DNA from: a virus
Reading direction: 5' to 3' (one strand)
Length of the DNA: 64,000 nt
IMG/VR virus record: IMGVR_UViG_3300044695_006747
Location: 64,001 to 128,000 of that record
Shown: positions 20,739-29,903 of the stretch, in pieces
Layout of the letters: each line of letters starts with the position of its first letter
How positions within the stretch are numbered: the stretch's first letter is position 1
Notes under the pieces: model-generated
Database searches by the model: none
What the model saw: the letters and a program-made list of their open reading frames with translations, nothing else
Told to the model about the DNA's origin: nothing
Made by a program: the position numbers and the translations under genes

Positions 20739-22383
20739 AATCTATGTAATCTTCTGATTTTAAAATATTAGGATTTGTTCTGGCTGTTTCAGCATTATTA
20801 TGATTATTAATCATAGTATTAAGATTTTGGATTAAATCGTTAAGACTGTATGGTTTTATTTCTGGACCAGCCGTAAAATGACCGTCCTGCGCCATTTGTA
20901 TTTGTCTTAAAAGCCAATAGTCATTCATTGAAAGTCCAAGTTTACTTAGATACTGTTCTTGAAGCATGTATATTGTAGCATAAACATTATTGGTTGCTGG
21001 TAATGAATTTATATCTAGTAATGGAATAATTTCGGCTTTTGATTCCCATTTTTTTTGATATTTTTTGTAATCTATGCTATCTATATATTTGATCCATTTT
21101 TCTACAGTATGTTGCCAACTATATTTTTGTTTAACTATTTCACTACTATAAAAACCTTTTCTTTGTCTCAGTTGATTCGGCATATTCAGTAAAGAGATAA
21201 CCTTAGCAGCAGTATCTTTGTGGTCTGGATATGTTCTTATTGCTGAGGTTTCTAATTCTTTAAAATAAGTTCCTATATTAATAGGCTCGGCATTTATATT
21301 ATTAATTATGTCTGTCATGGCGCTATAGTTCATGGTTAAAATAGGAACACCACAAGCAGCAGCTTCAATTTGAGGCATACCGAATCCTTCGCAGATAGAG
21401 TATTGAATGTATAAATCAAAAATATTCATTATTTTTGATAATACACTAGTATTAATACCGTTGCTTACATTAGGAATTGTAGCAGATTTTGTTCCACAAG
21501 AACTACATTGCTGAACCACTCCGCTAAAATTTGAAGCAAATACTTTACCACATTTTTTGCAATTATATGTAAAGAATATTCTATTGCTAACTTTAGAATT
21601 TTTGATCAGATTAGGGATGTCCCATCCAGCATCCGGATAGCTCGTATGTAAATATAATATTAGATTATCTTTGAAAACATAATTATTTTTTATAGATTCT
21701 TCTACTATATTTTCAAATGTTTGTATGAGTTCTGGAAATAATTTTCTTTTTTGATTTCTCATCACCGTTCCCAAAACTACAGCGTTGACATCTAGACCAA
21801 GCGCTTGTTTAATAGAATCTTTATTAGGATCATATTTAAACATAGATAGATCAGCACATGGAGAGGCAACATCAATGAAATTAATATTTTTAGATGTCTG
21901 ATCTAATAAAACATCTCTACCCCAATCAGAATATGTGAAAATAGCGTCCGCATTAATGTATGTGTCAAGCCATTCGTCTTGTTGAGGAGAAGAGTCTATT
22001 GTTGGCATCAGTATCCAGTGAAAATATTTTCTTAATGGAGACTTTTGTTGATAAGCACTCATCCAATAGTCTCTGACATCTATTACTATATCAGGCTGAA
22101 AGTCTAATACTACTCTATCAAATCTCCATTTACCAAAATGATTTTCTTGGCTTTGTGCAAATTGGTTTTGTCTAGGATCTCCATTCTGTATACCGTTAGG
22201 ATAATATTTCCAAGGAATATTAAATCTTTCTTTGTCTCCTATTAGTCCATATGAAGCAAATTCTGCTACTTCGTAGTTTCCAGTATTATATAGGCCCTCT
22301 AAAAGATATTTATTATATACTCCGAAACCGGAGGATACTTTGGAAGATTCAGAACAAACTAGTATTTTAGGTTTTTGATGCAT
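20722..22383 (-). CDS. Glycosyltransferase family 4 with a zinc-ribbon insertion
   Basis: SGFGVY N-terminal motif, RNQKRKLFP, and EGFGMPQIEAAACGVP. CKKCG...CSSCG insertion. The start is taken as MHQKPK (22383) because the 22404 ATG lies in the upstream terminator. Confidence 0.85.
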   Translation of the reverse strand: MHQKPKILVCSESSKVSSGFGVYNKYLLEGLYNTGNYEVAEFASYGLIGDKERFNIPWKYYPNGIQNGDPRQNQFAQSQENHFGKWRFDRVVLDFQPDIVIDVRDYWMSAYQQKSPLRKYFHWILMPTIDSSPQQDEWLDTYINADAIFTYSDWGRDVLLDQTSKNINFIDVASPCADLSMFKYDPNKDSIKQALGLDVNAVVLGTVMRNQKRKLFPELIQTFENIVEESIKNNYVFKDNLILYLHTSYPDAGWDIPNLIKNSKVSNRIFFTYNCKKCGKVFASNFSGVVQQCSSCGTKSATIPNVSNGINTSVLSKIMNIFDLYIQYSICEGFGMPQIEAAACGVPILTMNYSAMTDIINNINAEPINIGTYFKELETSAIRTYPDHKDTAAKVISLLNMPNQLRQRKGFYSSEIVKQKYSWQHTVEKWIKYIDSIDYKKYQKKWESKAEIIPLLDINSLPATNNVYATIYMLQEQYLSKLGLSMNDYWLLRQIQMAQDGHFTAGPEIKPYSLNDLIQNLNTMINNHNNAETARTNPNILKSEDYIDYANRK

Positions 22384-22402
22384 ATTGTGTGATTGGTGTG
22401 AC

Positions 22403-22437
22403 AAAAGAATCAGGGGACCTTAGATCCCCTGTTCTTT
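22403..22437 (-). terminator. Rho-independent terminator downstream of ssb
   Basis: The minus-strand RNA reads CAGGGGAUC-UAA-GGUCCCCUG followed by AUUCUUUU: a GC-rich stem and a U-tract. Confidence 0.8.
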
Positions 22438-22456
22438 CGCCTTTAACGTTATGTTA

Positions 22457-22822
22457 TCAGAATGCCACGGGTTCCTTTTCCGAAGACTTCTTTGATAACT
22501 TTGTAATCTTGGAGAAATTATTAACTCGCACACGAAGAGTGCTGTGTTTAACTCCATCTTTTTCCCAGCTATCATTTCTTAATGATCCCTCGACCATGAC
22601 TAAATCACCCTTCTTAAATGATTCGGCTATAATCTCAGCACCAGAATCCCATGCTTCACAATTGATAAATGTTGTTACCTTGTCCTTTTCGCCAGAAGCT
22701 TTGGTATACTCTCTAGAAACAGCAACTGTAAAATTAACAACAGAAACTTTTTTGTCTCCATTCTCTAACTTCCTTAGCTCTGGATCCCTAGTTAAATTAC
22801 CACGCAATAACGTAATATTCAT
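22457..22822 (-). CDS. ssb: Single-stranded DNA-binding protein
   Basis: MNITLLRGNLTRDPELR, FTVAVSR, FINCEAW, KGDLVMVEGSLRNDSWEKDG. AAGGAGA RBS. Confidence 0.95.
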   Translation of the reverse strand: MNITLLRGNLTRDPELRKLENGDKKVSVVNFTVAVSREYTKASGEKDKVTTFINCEAWDSGAEIIAESFKKGDLVMVEGSLRNDSWEKDGVKHSTLRVRVNNFSKITKLSKKSSEKEPVAF

Positions 22823-22866
22823 ATCATCTCCTTTAAATAAAAGTAAATAACCAAACTCAACACACT

Positions 22867-22894
22867 ATTATAAGATTTGTTTCCACACGGTCAA
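22867..22894 (-). promoter_or_regulatory. Sigma70-type promoter of ssb (TTGACC-N16-TATAAT)
   Basis: The minus strand reads TTGACC GTGTGGAAACAAATCT TATAAT in the 68-nt gap upstream of ssb. Confidence 0.75.
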
Positions 22895-24435
22895 GGTTTT
22901 GGAATATAAGTCTTTTCAGCAACCAAACCATCTTTGTTTTTTGACTTTGATCCTTTTATAATCAAAATATTACCAACGAATAATTGATTTCTATATTGTT
23001 TATATGTTTCTGGAAAGTAAACAATCGAATCAACTACTGCCGTACCATCGTTAACAGAAACAAACGCCATTTCTGCTCCAACATCTTTTCCTTTTTTAGT
23101 TTTTACTACCCTGATATTTTCTACTTCTCCAGCAAGCATAATATTATTAGCTGAATAGCCATTTTTAAAATCTTTGCAAGAACACGTAACCATACTAATA
23201 TCATACATATCAATTTTAGAACAGCTAATAGAATAACCCAAAAGCATATTTTCTGTATCTGCTATCCATTCTATAGAATCATCTAATGAGTATGGTGGAT
23301 GTAGTAAACTATAAGACAACTGTTCTACGACACTTTTGCGTTTCGCTGTAATCTTACCCACTAGTACAACTGCTAAATTTTTAATTAATGGAGATTTAGT
23401 ATTATAAGATTTTTGTAATGTTTCGCACTCTTTATTAGTCAATTGTGTTAATATGTTATATTCAAATAACATCTGATTTCTTGTTAAGCCAAGATGATCT
23501 AGTGAGCCTGATTGTATAAGTGCTTTGCTCGCTGTAGAATTTATCTTATTCAAAACAAATAATAAATCCATCCATGAATAATCTTTTATATTTAGAGAAC
23601 TATTTTTTAGTATAGATATTAGTTTTTCGTATGCAGATTTCCCAAAACCCTTAACATCAGTTAGACCAAAAAATATCTTATTATTTTTTAATTCTACATA
23701 TTCATTCAATAGTCTTATGTCTGGTTTGCATACTTCAATATTCATTTCTATAGCATTTTGTACAAGTTCTTTTATTTCCGCTTGTGGATCTACTTTATCT
23801 TTTGCAAATCTTAAATATGAAGCAAAAAATACTCTTGGAAAATGTGCTTTTGCATATGCAGATAAATAACAATTCATAGCGTAGCTTACAGCATGGCTTT
23901 TATTAAAAGAATATCTTTGACTTTTTTCTATCCAATTAAATATTTCTTCTGCTTCTTTAGATTTTAAAATAGCCATTTTTTCACATCCGTTAACAAATGT
24001 CTTTTTGAGTTTGGCCATTTCTTCTGGTTTTTTCTTACCAATAGCCTTTCTTAACATGTCTGCTTCTTGAAGATTAAATCCAGCAACAACTCTGGCTATT
24101 TCCATAGCTTGTTCTTGATATACCATTTCCCCATAAGTTGTTTTTAAGATTGGCTCTAAACTTTCATGAAAATAATCTACAGCTTCTTCGCCATTCTTTT
24201 TGTCTATATAATGGTTACTAACACTTTTACCATCTCTAATAGCCTCCAAACATCCTGGCCTCATAATACTGATTAATGCGGCTAATTCCTCTATATTCGA
24301 TGGCTTAAGTTTTTTTGCCATCGATCTGCCTAGTCTAGATTCTAGCTGAAAGCACCCCTTAGTATTACCGCTAGAGATTAATGCCCAGGTTTTTGGACAA
24401 TCAAGATCCATTGAGGCTATGTTAGCATCAAACAT
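22891..24435 (-). CDS. dnaE: DNA polymerase III alpha, C-terminal half of a split DnaE (fingers, HhH, OB)
   Basis: GCFQLES, LAALISIMRPG, TYGEMVYQEQ, LRKAIGKKK, YSFNKSHAVSY, FGLTDVKGFG, C-terminal OB fold EMAFVSVNDGT. Confidence 0.93.
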   Translation of the reverse strand: MFDANIASMDLDCPKTWALISSGNTKGCFQLESRLGRSMAKKLKPSNIEELAALISIMRPGCLEAIRDGKSVSNHYIDKKNGEEAVDYFHESLEPILKTTYGEMVYQEQAMEIARVVAGFNLQEADMLRKAIGKKKPEEMAKLKKTFVNGCEKMAILKSKEAEEIFNWIEKSQRYSFNKSHAVSYAMNCYLSAYAKAHFPRVFFASYLRFAKDKVDPQAEIKELVQNAIEMNIEVCKPDIRLLNEYVELKNNKIFFGLTDVKGFGKSAYEKLISILKNSSLNIKDYSWMDLLFVLNKINSTASKALIQSGSLDHLGLTRNQMLFEYNILTQLTNKECETLQKSYNTKSPLIKNLAVVLVGKITAKRKSVVEQLSYSLLHPPYSLDDSIEWIADTENMLLGYSISCSKIDMYDISMVTCSCKDFKNGYSANNIMLAGEVENIRVVKTKKGKDVGAEMAFVSVNDGTAVVDSIVYFPETYKQYRNQLFVGNILIIKGSKSKNKDGLVAEKTYIPKP

Positions 24436-25120
24436 TCAAAAAAGCATCCTTGAATTTTATTTTATTGCACAAATTTTTATGTAGTTTAAGAAATCTTAAT
24501 AAGATAGAAGCACAATCTTTAACATCTTTTAAAGCGTCATGAGCATTATCTTTTGATATTCCAAGATAATCTCTAACATTGTCTAGAGATAAACTTTTAA
24601 TATCCTCTAAATCAAAAAACCAATAGTACACAAGATTCATTATATCTAATACATCTCTTGGAAAGAATACATTTGATTCACTCTCTTTATTAACATTACC
24701 ATACTTATTGCTAAGTCTGTTGATAATTTTAAGATCAAATCTATATATATTATATCCAGCTGCTATTGGTGCGGAAAATTGTGATTTTTTTGTTGTTCTA
24801 CAATGATATTTATCCAGGTACTCATTAAACATAGTCCAAGCCTGTTTTTGTGGCATTGATTTATGCCAAGAATCCAAAATATCTTCTTGAGAACATCCAC
24901 GAACTTTGGAATGAAATCCAAGAATATCGCTATCATACTTGAAGTCTGGGTCGTTGTCAAGTTTATCTGGCTTGACCATAATATTAAATTCTGAATTAGG
25001 AACAATATCCATTTTTGACGGATCTATCATAATAGCAGCTATTTGAACCGGACTACATATCGACGGATCCGCACCGTCTGTTTCAAAATCAAAAACGCAA
25101 ATTTTATTATATTGTTTCAT
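24428..25120 (-). CDS. dnaQ: DEDDh 3'-5' exonuclease (Pol III epsilon-like)
   Basis: ExoI FDFETDG, ExoII AGYNIYRFDL, ExoIII AHDALKDV. Confidence 0.85.
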   Translation of the reverse strand: MKQYNKICVFDFETDGADPSICSPVQIAAIMIDPSKMDIVPNSEFNIMVKPDKLDNDPDFKYDSDILGFHSKVRGCSQEDILDSWHKSMPQKQAWTMFNEYLDKYHCRTTKKSQFSAPIAAGYNIYRFDLKIINRLSNKYGNVNKESESNVFFPRDVLDIMNLVYYWFFDLEDIKSLSLDNVRDYLGISKDNAHDALKDVKDCASILLRFLKLHKNLCNKIKFKDAFLNV

Positions 25121-25122
25121 TA

Positions 25123-25296
25123 TCAGTTAACTTGAACCTCTTGAAGTGGTGTTATCATAACTTTTTCATTATTGCTTTCTTTTAAAGCATTTAATACTTT
25201 GCAACAACTAACGCGCTCATCTTCTGCTTTAATATAAGTTTCATTATTATAAACAAATTTTTCTCCAACATTTAAATCTTTAAATAATTTATTCAT
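25123..25296 (-). CDS. 57-aa hypothetical protein missed by the ORF track (MNKLFKDLNVGEKFVYNNETYIKAEDERVSCCKVLNAL...)
   Basis: It fills the gap exactly. The ATG overlaps the dnaE-N TGA, GGAGA lies upstream, and the stop is 2 nt before the dnaQ start. Confidence 0.75.
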   Translation of the reverse strand: MNKLFKDLNVGEKFVYNNETYIKAEDERVSCCKVLNALKESNNEKVMITPLQEVQVN

Positions 25297-27179
25297 ATTT
25301 TATTCTCCTTTAATAAATCTTGAATTGTCATAATTTTATCTAACATAGCAATACCAAGAATATCGAATTTAATAATACCTAAACTTTCCAAATCTTGCAT
25401 TTCCATACCGGCTATGGTCTGGTCATTCTTACTATCATAAACCATGGGACACACTTCTCCAAGAGGAGTAGGACTTATAGCAATACCAGCGGCGTGTTTA
25501 GATTGATTAGTTTTTGTTCCCTCAAGTCTTATTGCTTGTTCAAATCTTTTGGCCAATGGACCGGCTAAATTATCGTTATCATCAATATAGCACCATTCTG
25601 ATAGTTCTTTTGATTTATTTTCTAATGCCCATCTAATTATAGAAGATTCTCCATATTCTTCTTTCATATCTTGTAATTCATCTGCTATCTTGGCTTCGTC
25701 TGGTATATGCTTTGTAATATTGTTCATTTCTTCAAATGTAATATTACCATAAGCCCTAAGAACATCTTTTAATGCTCCTCGTCCTTTCATGGTATTAAAT
25801 GTTATCATCTGAGAAACCTTATCGTGTCCATAATTTTCTTTGATATAGTTAATAACATCTTCTCGTTTGTTAATTGGTACGTCTACGTCTATATCTGGCA
25901 TTGATATATGATCAGCAGTATTTCTACCAGAATTATAAAATCTATCAAAAATTAGCCCGTATTTTATGGGATCTATCGCTGTTATGCCAACCAAATACGA
26001 AACCATACAACCAGCAGCAGAACCTCGACCTGGGCCGGGTAACCACCCATTAGATCGAACATATTGAAGTATATCTTGAATTATTAAAAAGTAGCTGGAT
26101 AGTCCAGCGGTTTGTAAAACAGAGAGTTCGTACTTTATACGATCAACATATTCTGTAGTCATTTCTGTATTATTACTAACTTTATTAGCTATTTTATCTC
26201 TCCAGCCGTCTCTACATAGTTGTCTTAGATATTCTGCTTCTGATAGACCGTCTGGACATTTAAAACTAGGAAGTGTTGGTTTTGATGTTATATCATAGTT
26301 TTCACACAAAGAATTCACATAATTTGTGTTTTCGATTTCTTCTTCTGTGTGCAGAGCATTTATTTCTTCATGATCCAAAATATGATAGTTATCAGATATA
26401 AAGAATGTCTCCATACCAACTTCTTCGTTATTTAATATCTTGTTTGTAACATCAGTAAGCGTTGTTTTTAAATTATTACATAATAGTATTCTTTGATCAA
26501 CAGCATCTTCCTTTTCTGCATAATGAGCATCTGGAGTACATATTACTTTTAAACCAGTATCTCGTGCTATATCTCTTATGCATTCAGTAACTTTAGATTG
26601 CATAGGATTATTAATCTGATCCATCAATTGAGCTTCTAGAAAAAAATTATCAGATCCACCAAAAATATCTTTAAGATACGAAGCTTTTTCTATGAGAATA
26701 TTTTTCCAGTCAGGATCAATGCTCTTATAGTCTGTTATACTGTTTGCTAATACTGACCCTAAGTGACCAGCAAACCCTATAATATTTCCATCTAGCATTT
26801 CGCCAAGTCTTTTAAGATCTATTCTAGGTTTATAGTAATAAAATTCTGGCTTATTAGTTTCTGATATGATTTTAATTAAAGTTTTCCATCCAGAATAATT
26901 TTTAGCCAATATTACTAAATGACTAAGTTTTTTATTATCATTATTTTTAATTGTCGCATCATCACTGGAAATATATAATTCACAACCTAGAATTGGTTTA
27001 ATACCATTCTTTTTCATGCAAGAATGGAACTTTACCGAACCAGCTATATTACCGTGATCTGTTAATGCACACGCACCAATATTTGTATTAATACATCTTT
27101 TAGCTATCTGTTCTGGTTTTGATAATCCGTCTAAAATAGAAAAATGGCTGTGAACATGCAAAGGAGTATACAATTTCAT
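25293..27179 (-). CDS. dnaE: DNA polymerase III alpha, N-terminal half of a split DnaE (PHP + palm)
   Basis: PHP motifs LHVHSHFSILDG, TDHG, GCELY and DAHY. Palm motifs GPGRGSAAG, SMPDIDVD, HAAGI and IKFDILG. Confidence 0.93.
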   Translation of the reverse strand: MKLYTPLHVHSHFSILDGLSKPEQIAKRCINTNIGACALTDHGNIAGSVKFHSCMKKNGIKPILGCELYISSDDATIKNNDNKKLSHLVILAKNYSGWKTLIKIISETNKPEFYYYKPRIDLKRLGEMLDGNIIGFAGHLGSVLANSITDYKSIDPDWKNILIEKASYLKDIFGGSDNFFLEAQLMDQINNPMQSKVTECIRDIARDTGLKVICTPDAHYAEKEDAVDQRILLCNNLKTTLTDVTNKILNNEEVGMETFFISDNYHILDHEEINALHTEEEIENTNYVNSLCENYDITSKPTLPSFKCPDGLSEAEYLRQLCRDGWRDKIANKVSNNTEMTTEYVDRIKYELSVLQTAGLSSYFLIIQDILQYVRSNGWLPGPGRGSAAGCMVSYLVGITAIDPIKYGLIFDRFYNSGRNTADHISMPDIDVDVPINKREDVINYIKENYGHDKVSQMITFNTMKGRGALKDVLRAYGNITFEEMNNITKHIPDEAKIADELQDMKEEYGESSIIRWALENKSKELSEWCYIDDNDNLAGPLAKRFEQAIRLEGTKTNQSKHAAGIAISPTPLGEVCPMVYDSKNDQTIAGMEMQDLESLGIIKFDILGIAMLDKIMTIQDLLKENKI

Positions 27180-28222
27180 TGTTTAATTTCGCCAGGGGCT
27201 TGGTAATGTCCAAATGAGTGATTGTTTTGTTTGTACAGACTTGTAACGTTGTCTATACCCAATATGTCTATGTCGTGTTTTACTTGTTCACATTTTGTCA
27301 TAAAAGAATCTTTTTTACACACTTGATTATCTCTATATTCAACATGAGGAACAACATGAGAATCTTCAAAAGTAGTTTTGCCGAAGTGACATAGTTTACT
27401 ACACATCCAGGTTTTTCGCAAGTTGGGTCTTCTGCTTTTTTTTATAATTTCAAACTTATCTTTAAGCATTAATTCTGTTGTGATCAGATCTTTTTTACCG
27501 AAACATATAGAAAAAGGCCCACCATCGTTTATAAAATTAATAGATACCATTATATTTTCTACATCTGGATATAGATGGCTTACAGCATAGTGATATATTC
27601 TTAATTGAGGATCATTTTCTAAACACTCTTGTGTTTTTTCTTTGCCTGTCGCCCAATTTAATCTTTTACCTGTTTTCCAATCTATAATTTCATAGAAGCT
27701 ATCATCCACTTTTGTTATAAGATCTATTGTGCCTTTTATAGCTAGGTATCCTTCCAAAATGCCTTCATCTGTTTGATATTTGTACTTTGCCCAAGGTTTT
27801 TTGATCGTGATATCAAAGTGTTGTTCTGGACAAACAATATTTCTATTTCTAGGATCAAACATTCCATTATTATGTGTTATTGTTTTTATTACCCAATCAT
27901 AACAGTCTTTCTTGTCTTTGGCTAACCATTCGTGATGAGCATTGTTGGTGGTATAATATTCATATACTTTATCAAATAATTTATCGATAGCATAATTTTT
28001 AATTTTTATTTGACCAACAATATCATCGGATATCGATTCTATTTTATCTTGTTCGGCTTTTTTTATCATGGCCAATAGTTCTAAAACTTTATGTACTATT
28101 GTGCCTTTGTCTGCCTTTTTATTAGAAGGTCCTCTCCATCCCAGCACATACTCTAAATAGTATTGTTGTTCGCACATAGAGTGTGCGTTATATGAAGAGC
28201 TTCTAAAATATGTAATTATAAT
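27176..28222 (-). CDS. PD-(D/E)xK RecB/Cas4-like exonuclease, probable ATT start
   Basis: KGTIDLI...EIIDWKTG...QLRIYHYA nuclease motifs with Cys ligands at both ends. The frame extends 15 codons upstream of the ATG at 28177 to an ATT codon (IITYFRSSSY) with an AAAGGA RBS. Confidence 0.85.
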   Translation of the reverse strand: MIITYFRSSSYNAHSMCEQQYYLEYVLGWRGPSNKKADKGTIVHKVLELLAMIKKAEQDKIESISDDIVGQIKIKNYAIDKLFDKVYEYYTTNNAHHEWLAKDKKDCYDWVIKTITHNNGMFDPRNRNIVCPEQHFDITIKKPWAKYKYQTDEGILEGYLAIKGTIDLITKVDDSFYEIIDWKTGKRLNWATGKEKTQECLENDPQLRIYHYAVSHLYPDVENIMVSINFINDGGPFSICFGKKDLITTELMLKDKFEIIKKSRRPNLRKTWMCSKLCHFGKTTFEDSHVVPHVEYRDNQVCKKDSFMTKCEQVKHDIDILGIDNVTSLYKQNNHSFGHYQAPGEIKQ

Positions 28223-28794
28223 GGTAGTATTCCTTTATTTTTAAGAAATTGATCTAGTATTAGATTTTGTTCTTGTATTGTCAAGTTTTTGTTATCTAGT
28301 AGTAAATCAAAGTTCGATTGATCATATCTGTTAATATCTAATGCTGTTTCGCTGTCGTGCTGAGAATCAAAAGGATTTCTGGTTAATTTGATGACAGTTC
28401 CACCAACATTTTTGATGACCCTAACTTCATTGGGAAATCTGCAATCAGCCACAATTGCTAAATCAGGTTTTTCTTTTATAATCTTAGTAATAGTAGCATC
28501 AGCCCATACATTTTGTTGCATGGTTCTAAATATGTCTGTTCCAACGAATTGCATAACCTCTCTTGCTGTTAATCGTTTATTTTGCCATACGCAATTGACC
28601 AATTCATTTTTTTGGTCATCTGTGCCGTAGCATTGTTCATAAGTTAATCCTAATATATTCATACAAATATCCTTTTTAAGAGGATCAGCAAAATTATATA
28701 CTTTAACATTACCAATAAATTTATTGGCTATAAATTCTGAGCAAGTAGTTTTTCCTGATTGTTTTCGTCCAGCAAACGCTATTATTTTTGTCAT
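28216..28794 (-). CDS. Deoxynucleoside monophosphate kinase (T4 gp1-like)
   Basis: Walker A AGRKQSGKTT, NFADPLK, TAREVMQFVGTDIFR, ADCRFPNE. Confidence 0.88.
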   Translation of the reverse strand: MTKIIAFAGRKQSGKTTCSEFIANKFIGNVKVYNFADPLKKDICMNILGLTYEQCYGTDDQKNELVNCVWQNKRLTAREVMQFVGTDIFRTMQQNVWADATITKIIKEKPDLAIVADCRFPNEVRVIKNVGGTVIKLTRNPFDSQHDSETALDINRYDQSNFDLLLDNKNLTIQEQNLILDQFLKNKGILPL

Positions 28795-29903
28795 AAGGTT
28801 ATCTTTGATGTTATTTGTTCTTTAATCTCTGCGTCAGATAATTCTGCTATATCATTTTTAGATATATATATGTGTTGTATATTATATATCTTTTTACATT
28901 TATTTTCTATTTGTGTTCTAGCCTTTATGCCAGCATCGTCAGAATCTGTAATAATCACTAATGTCATAGCGCCACTAGTATCCAATAACATTTTCTGCTT
29001 ATCATTTAAATTGGACCCAAAGATAGCTACAGCATTATGAATACCATTGCTCTCCAACTTCCAAACATTACCAGGACTCTCTACAATTATAGCTGTTCTA
29101 GTTTCTTTGATGTATTTTTTGGCAAACCAAAAATTATACAAACAATTTTCTGCTGAGAAACCCTTGTTATGTTTCCATTTTGGTTTTAGGTTGTCATTAG
29201 TAGAGCGACCGCTACATCCTATCATGTAGTTATACTCTGAATCATAAATAGGAACTACGGCTCTGTCAGACATTTCTTTATTCGGTGTTTCACAATCACC
29301 AACATCATATTTGTCTAATATTTTAGGATCAAAACCCCTGGATATAAAATAAGGACTAGGAATTTTTAATAATTTTCTAACCTGATTTCTATTAGGATAA
29401 TTTGTGCCAGTTACCTGTTTCGTATTTAGTATTGTCAAGCTATTGACAAAATTATTTTTTTCTTTTTCTTTATTTGATACTTTGAGATCTTTGAGATTAA
29501 TCTTTCCAAAATCTGTCAAAAACTTCAGAGTTTCAGAAAAGCTAACAGTATCGTCTCCATCACAAGACCAGTTATGTTTTTTATGAGAAAGTATGCCTCT
29601 CACAAAACCTATAATGGATCCTTTAAAATGTTTTTCACATTGATGAGTTCTGCATTTCCAGTTACCTCTATATGACTCTCCAACATAATATAAATTTATA
29701 GCGGATTCGTTGTCTCCTCCGTGTATTGGACAAGACATACTAATAAACTTACTATTCTGTTTGTACTCTAAATTAAAGTACTCTAACAGATCAGTTATAT
29801 TATCGCATAAATGATCACACAAAATTTTGAGTTTTTGCTGATCAATCGAATGGAATGTTTTCTTCATCTTTGACTTCAAACCCGTCGTCATCGTCCTTTC
29901 CAT
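28791..29903 (-). CDS. dnaG: DNA primase (DnaG-type, Zn finger + TOPRIM); start possibly 29867
   Basis: CPIHGGDN...WKCRTHQC Zn finger, IGCSGR, TOPRIM IIVESPGNVW...VAIFGS, and DSDDAG. Confidence 0.9.
   Translation of the reverse strand: MERTMTTGLKSKMKKTFHSIDQQKLKILCDHLCDNITDLLEYFNLEYKQNSKFISMSCPIHGGDNESAINLYYVGESYRGNWKCRTHQCEKHFKGSIIGFVRGILSHKKHNWSCDGDDTVSFSETLKFLTDFGKINLKDLKVSNKEKEKNNFVNSLTILNTKQVTGTNYPNRNQVRKLLKIPSPYFISRGFDPKILDKYDVGDCETPNKEMSDRAVVPIYDSEYNYMIGCSGRSTNDNLKPKWKHNKGFSAENCLYNFWFAKKYIKETRTAIIVESPGNVWKLESNGIHNAVAIFGSNLNDKQKMLLDTSGAMTLVIITDSDDAGIKARTQIENKCKKIYNIQHIYISKNDIAELSDAEIKEQITSKITL

Noticed and set aside
22389-22850. 153-aa + strand ORF spanning ssb
   Set aside because: It is the antisense shadow of a clear ssb gene, runs through the terminator hairpin and has no RBS or motif.
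24428-25296. Intein or group I intron interrupting dnaE
   Set aside because: There are no intein terminal motifs. The intervening DNA is fully occupied by two coupled genes with their own RBS, and dnaE-C has its own start.
27176-28222. Cas4-like nuclease as evidence of a CRISPR-Cas system
   Set aside because: No repeat-spacer array or other cas genes were seen. Stand-alone RecB/Cas4-like nucleases are common in phage replication modules.
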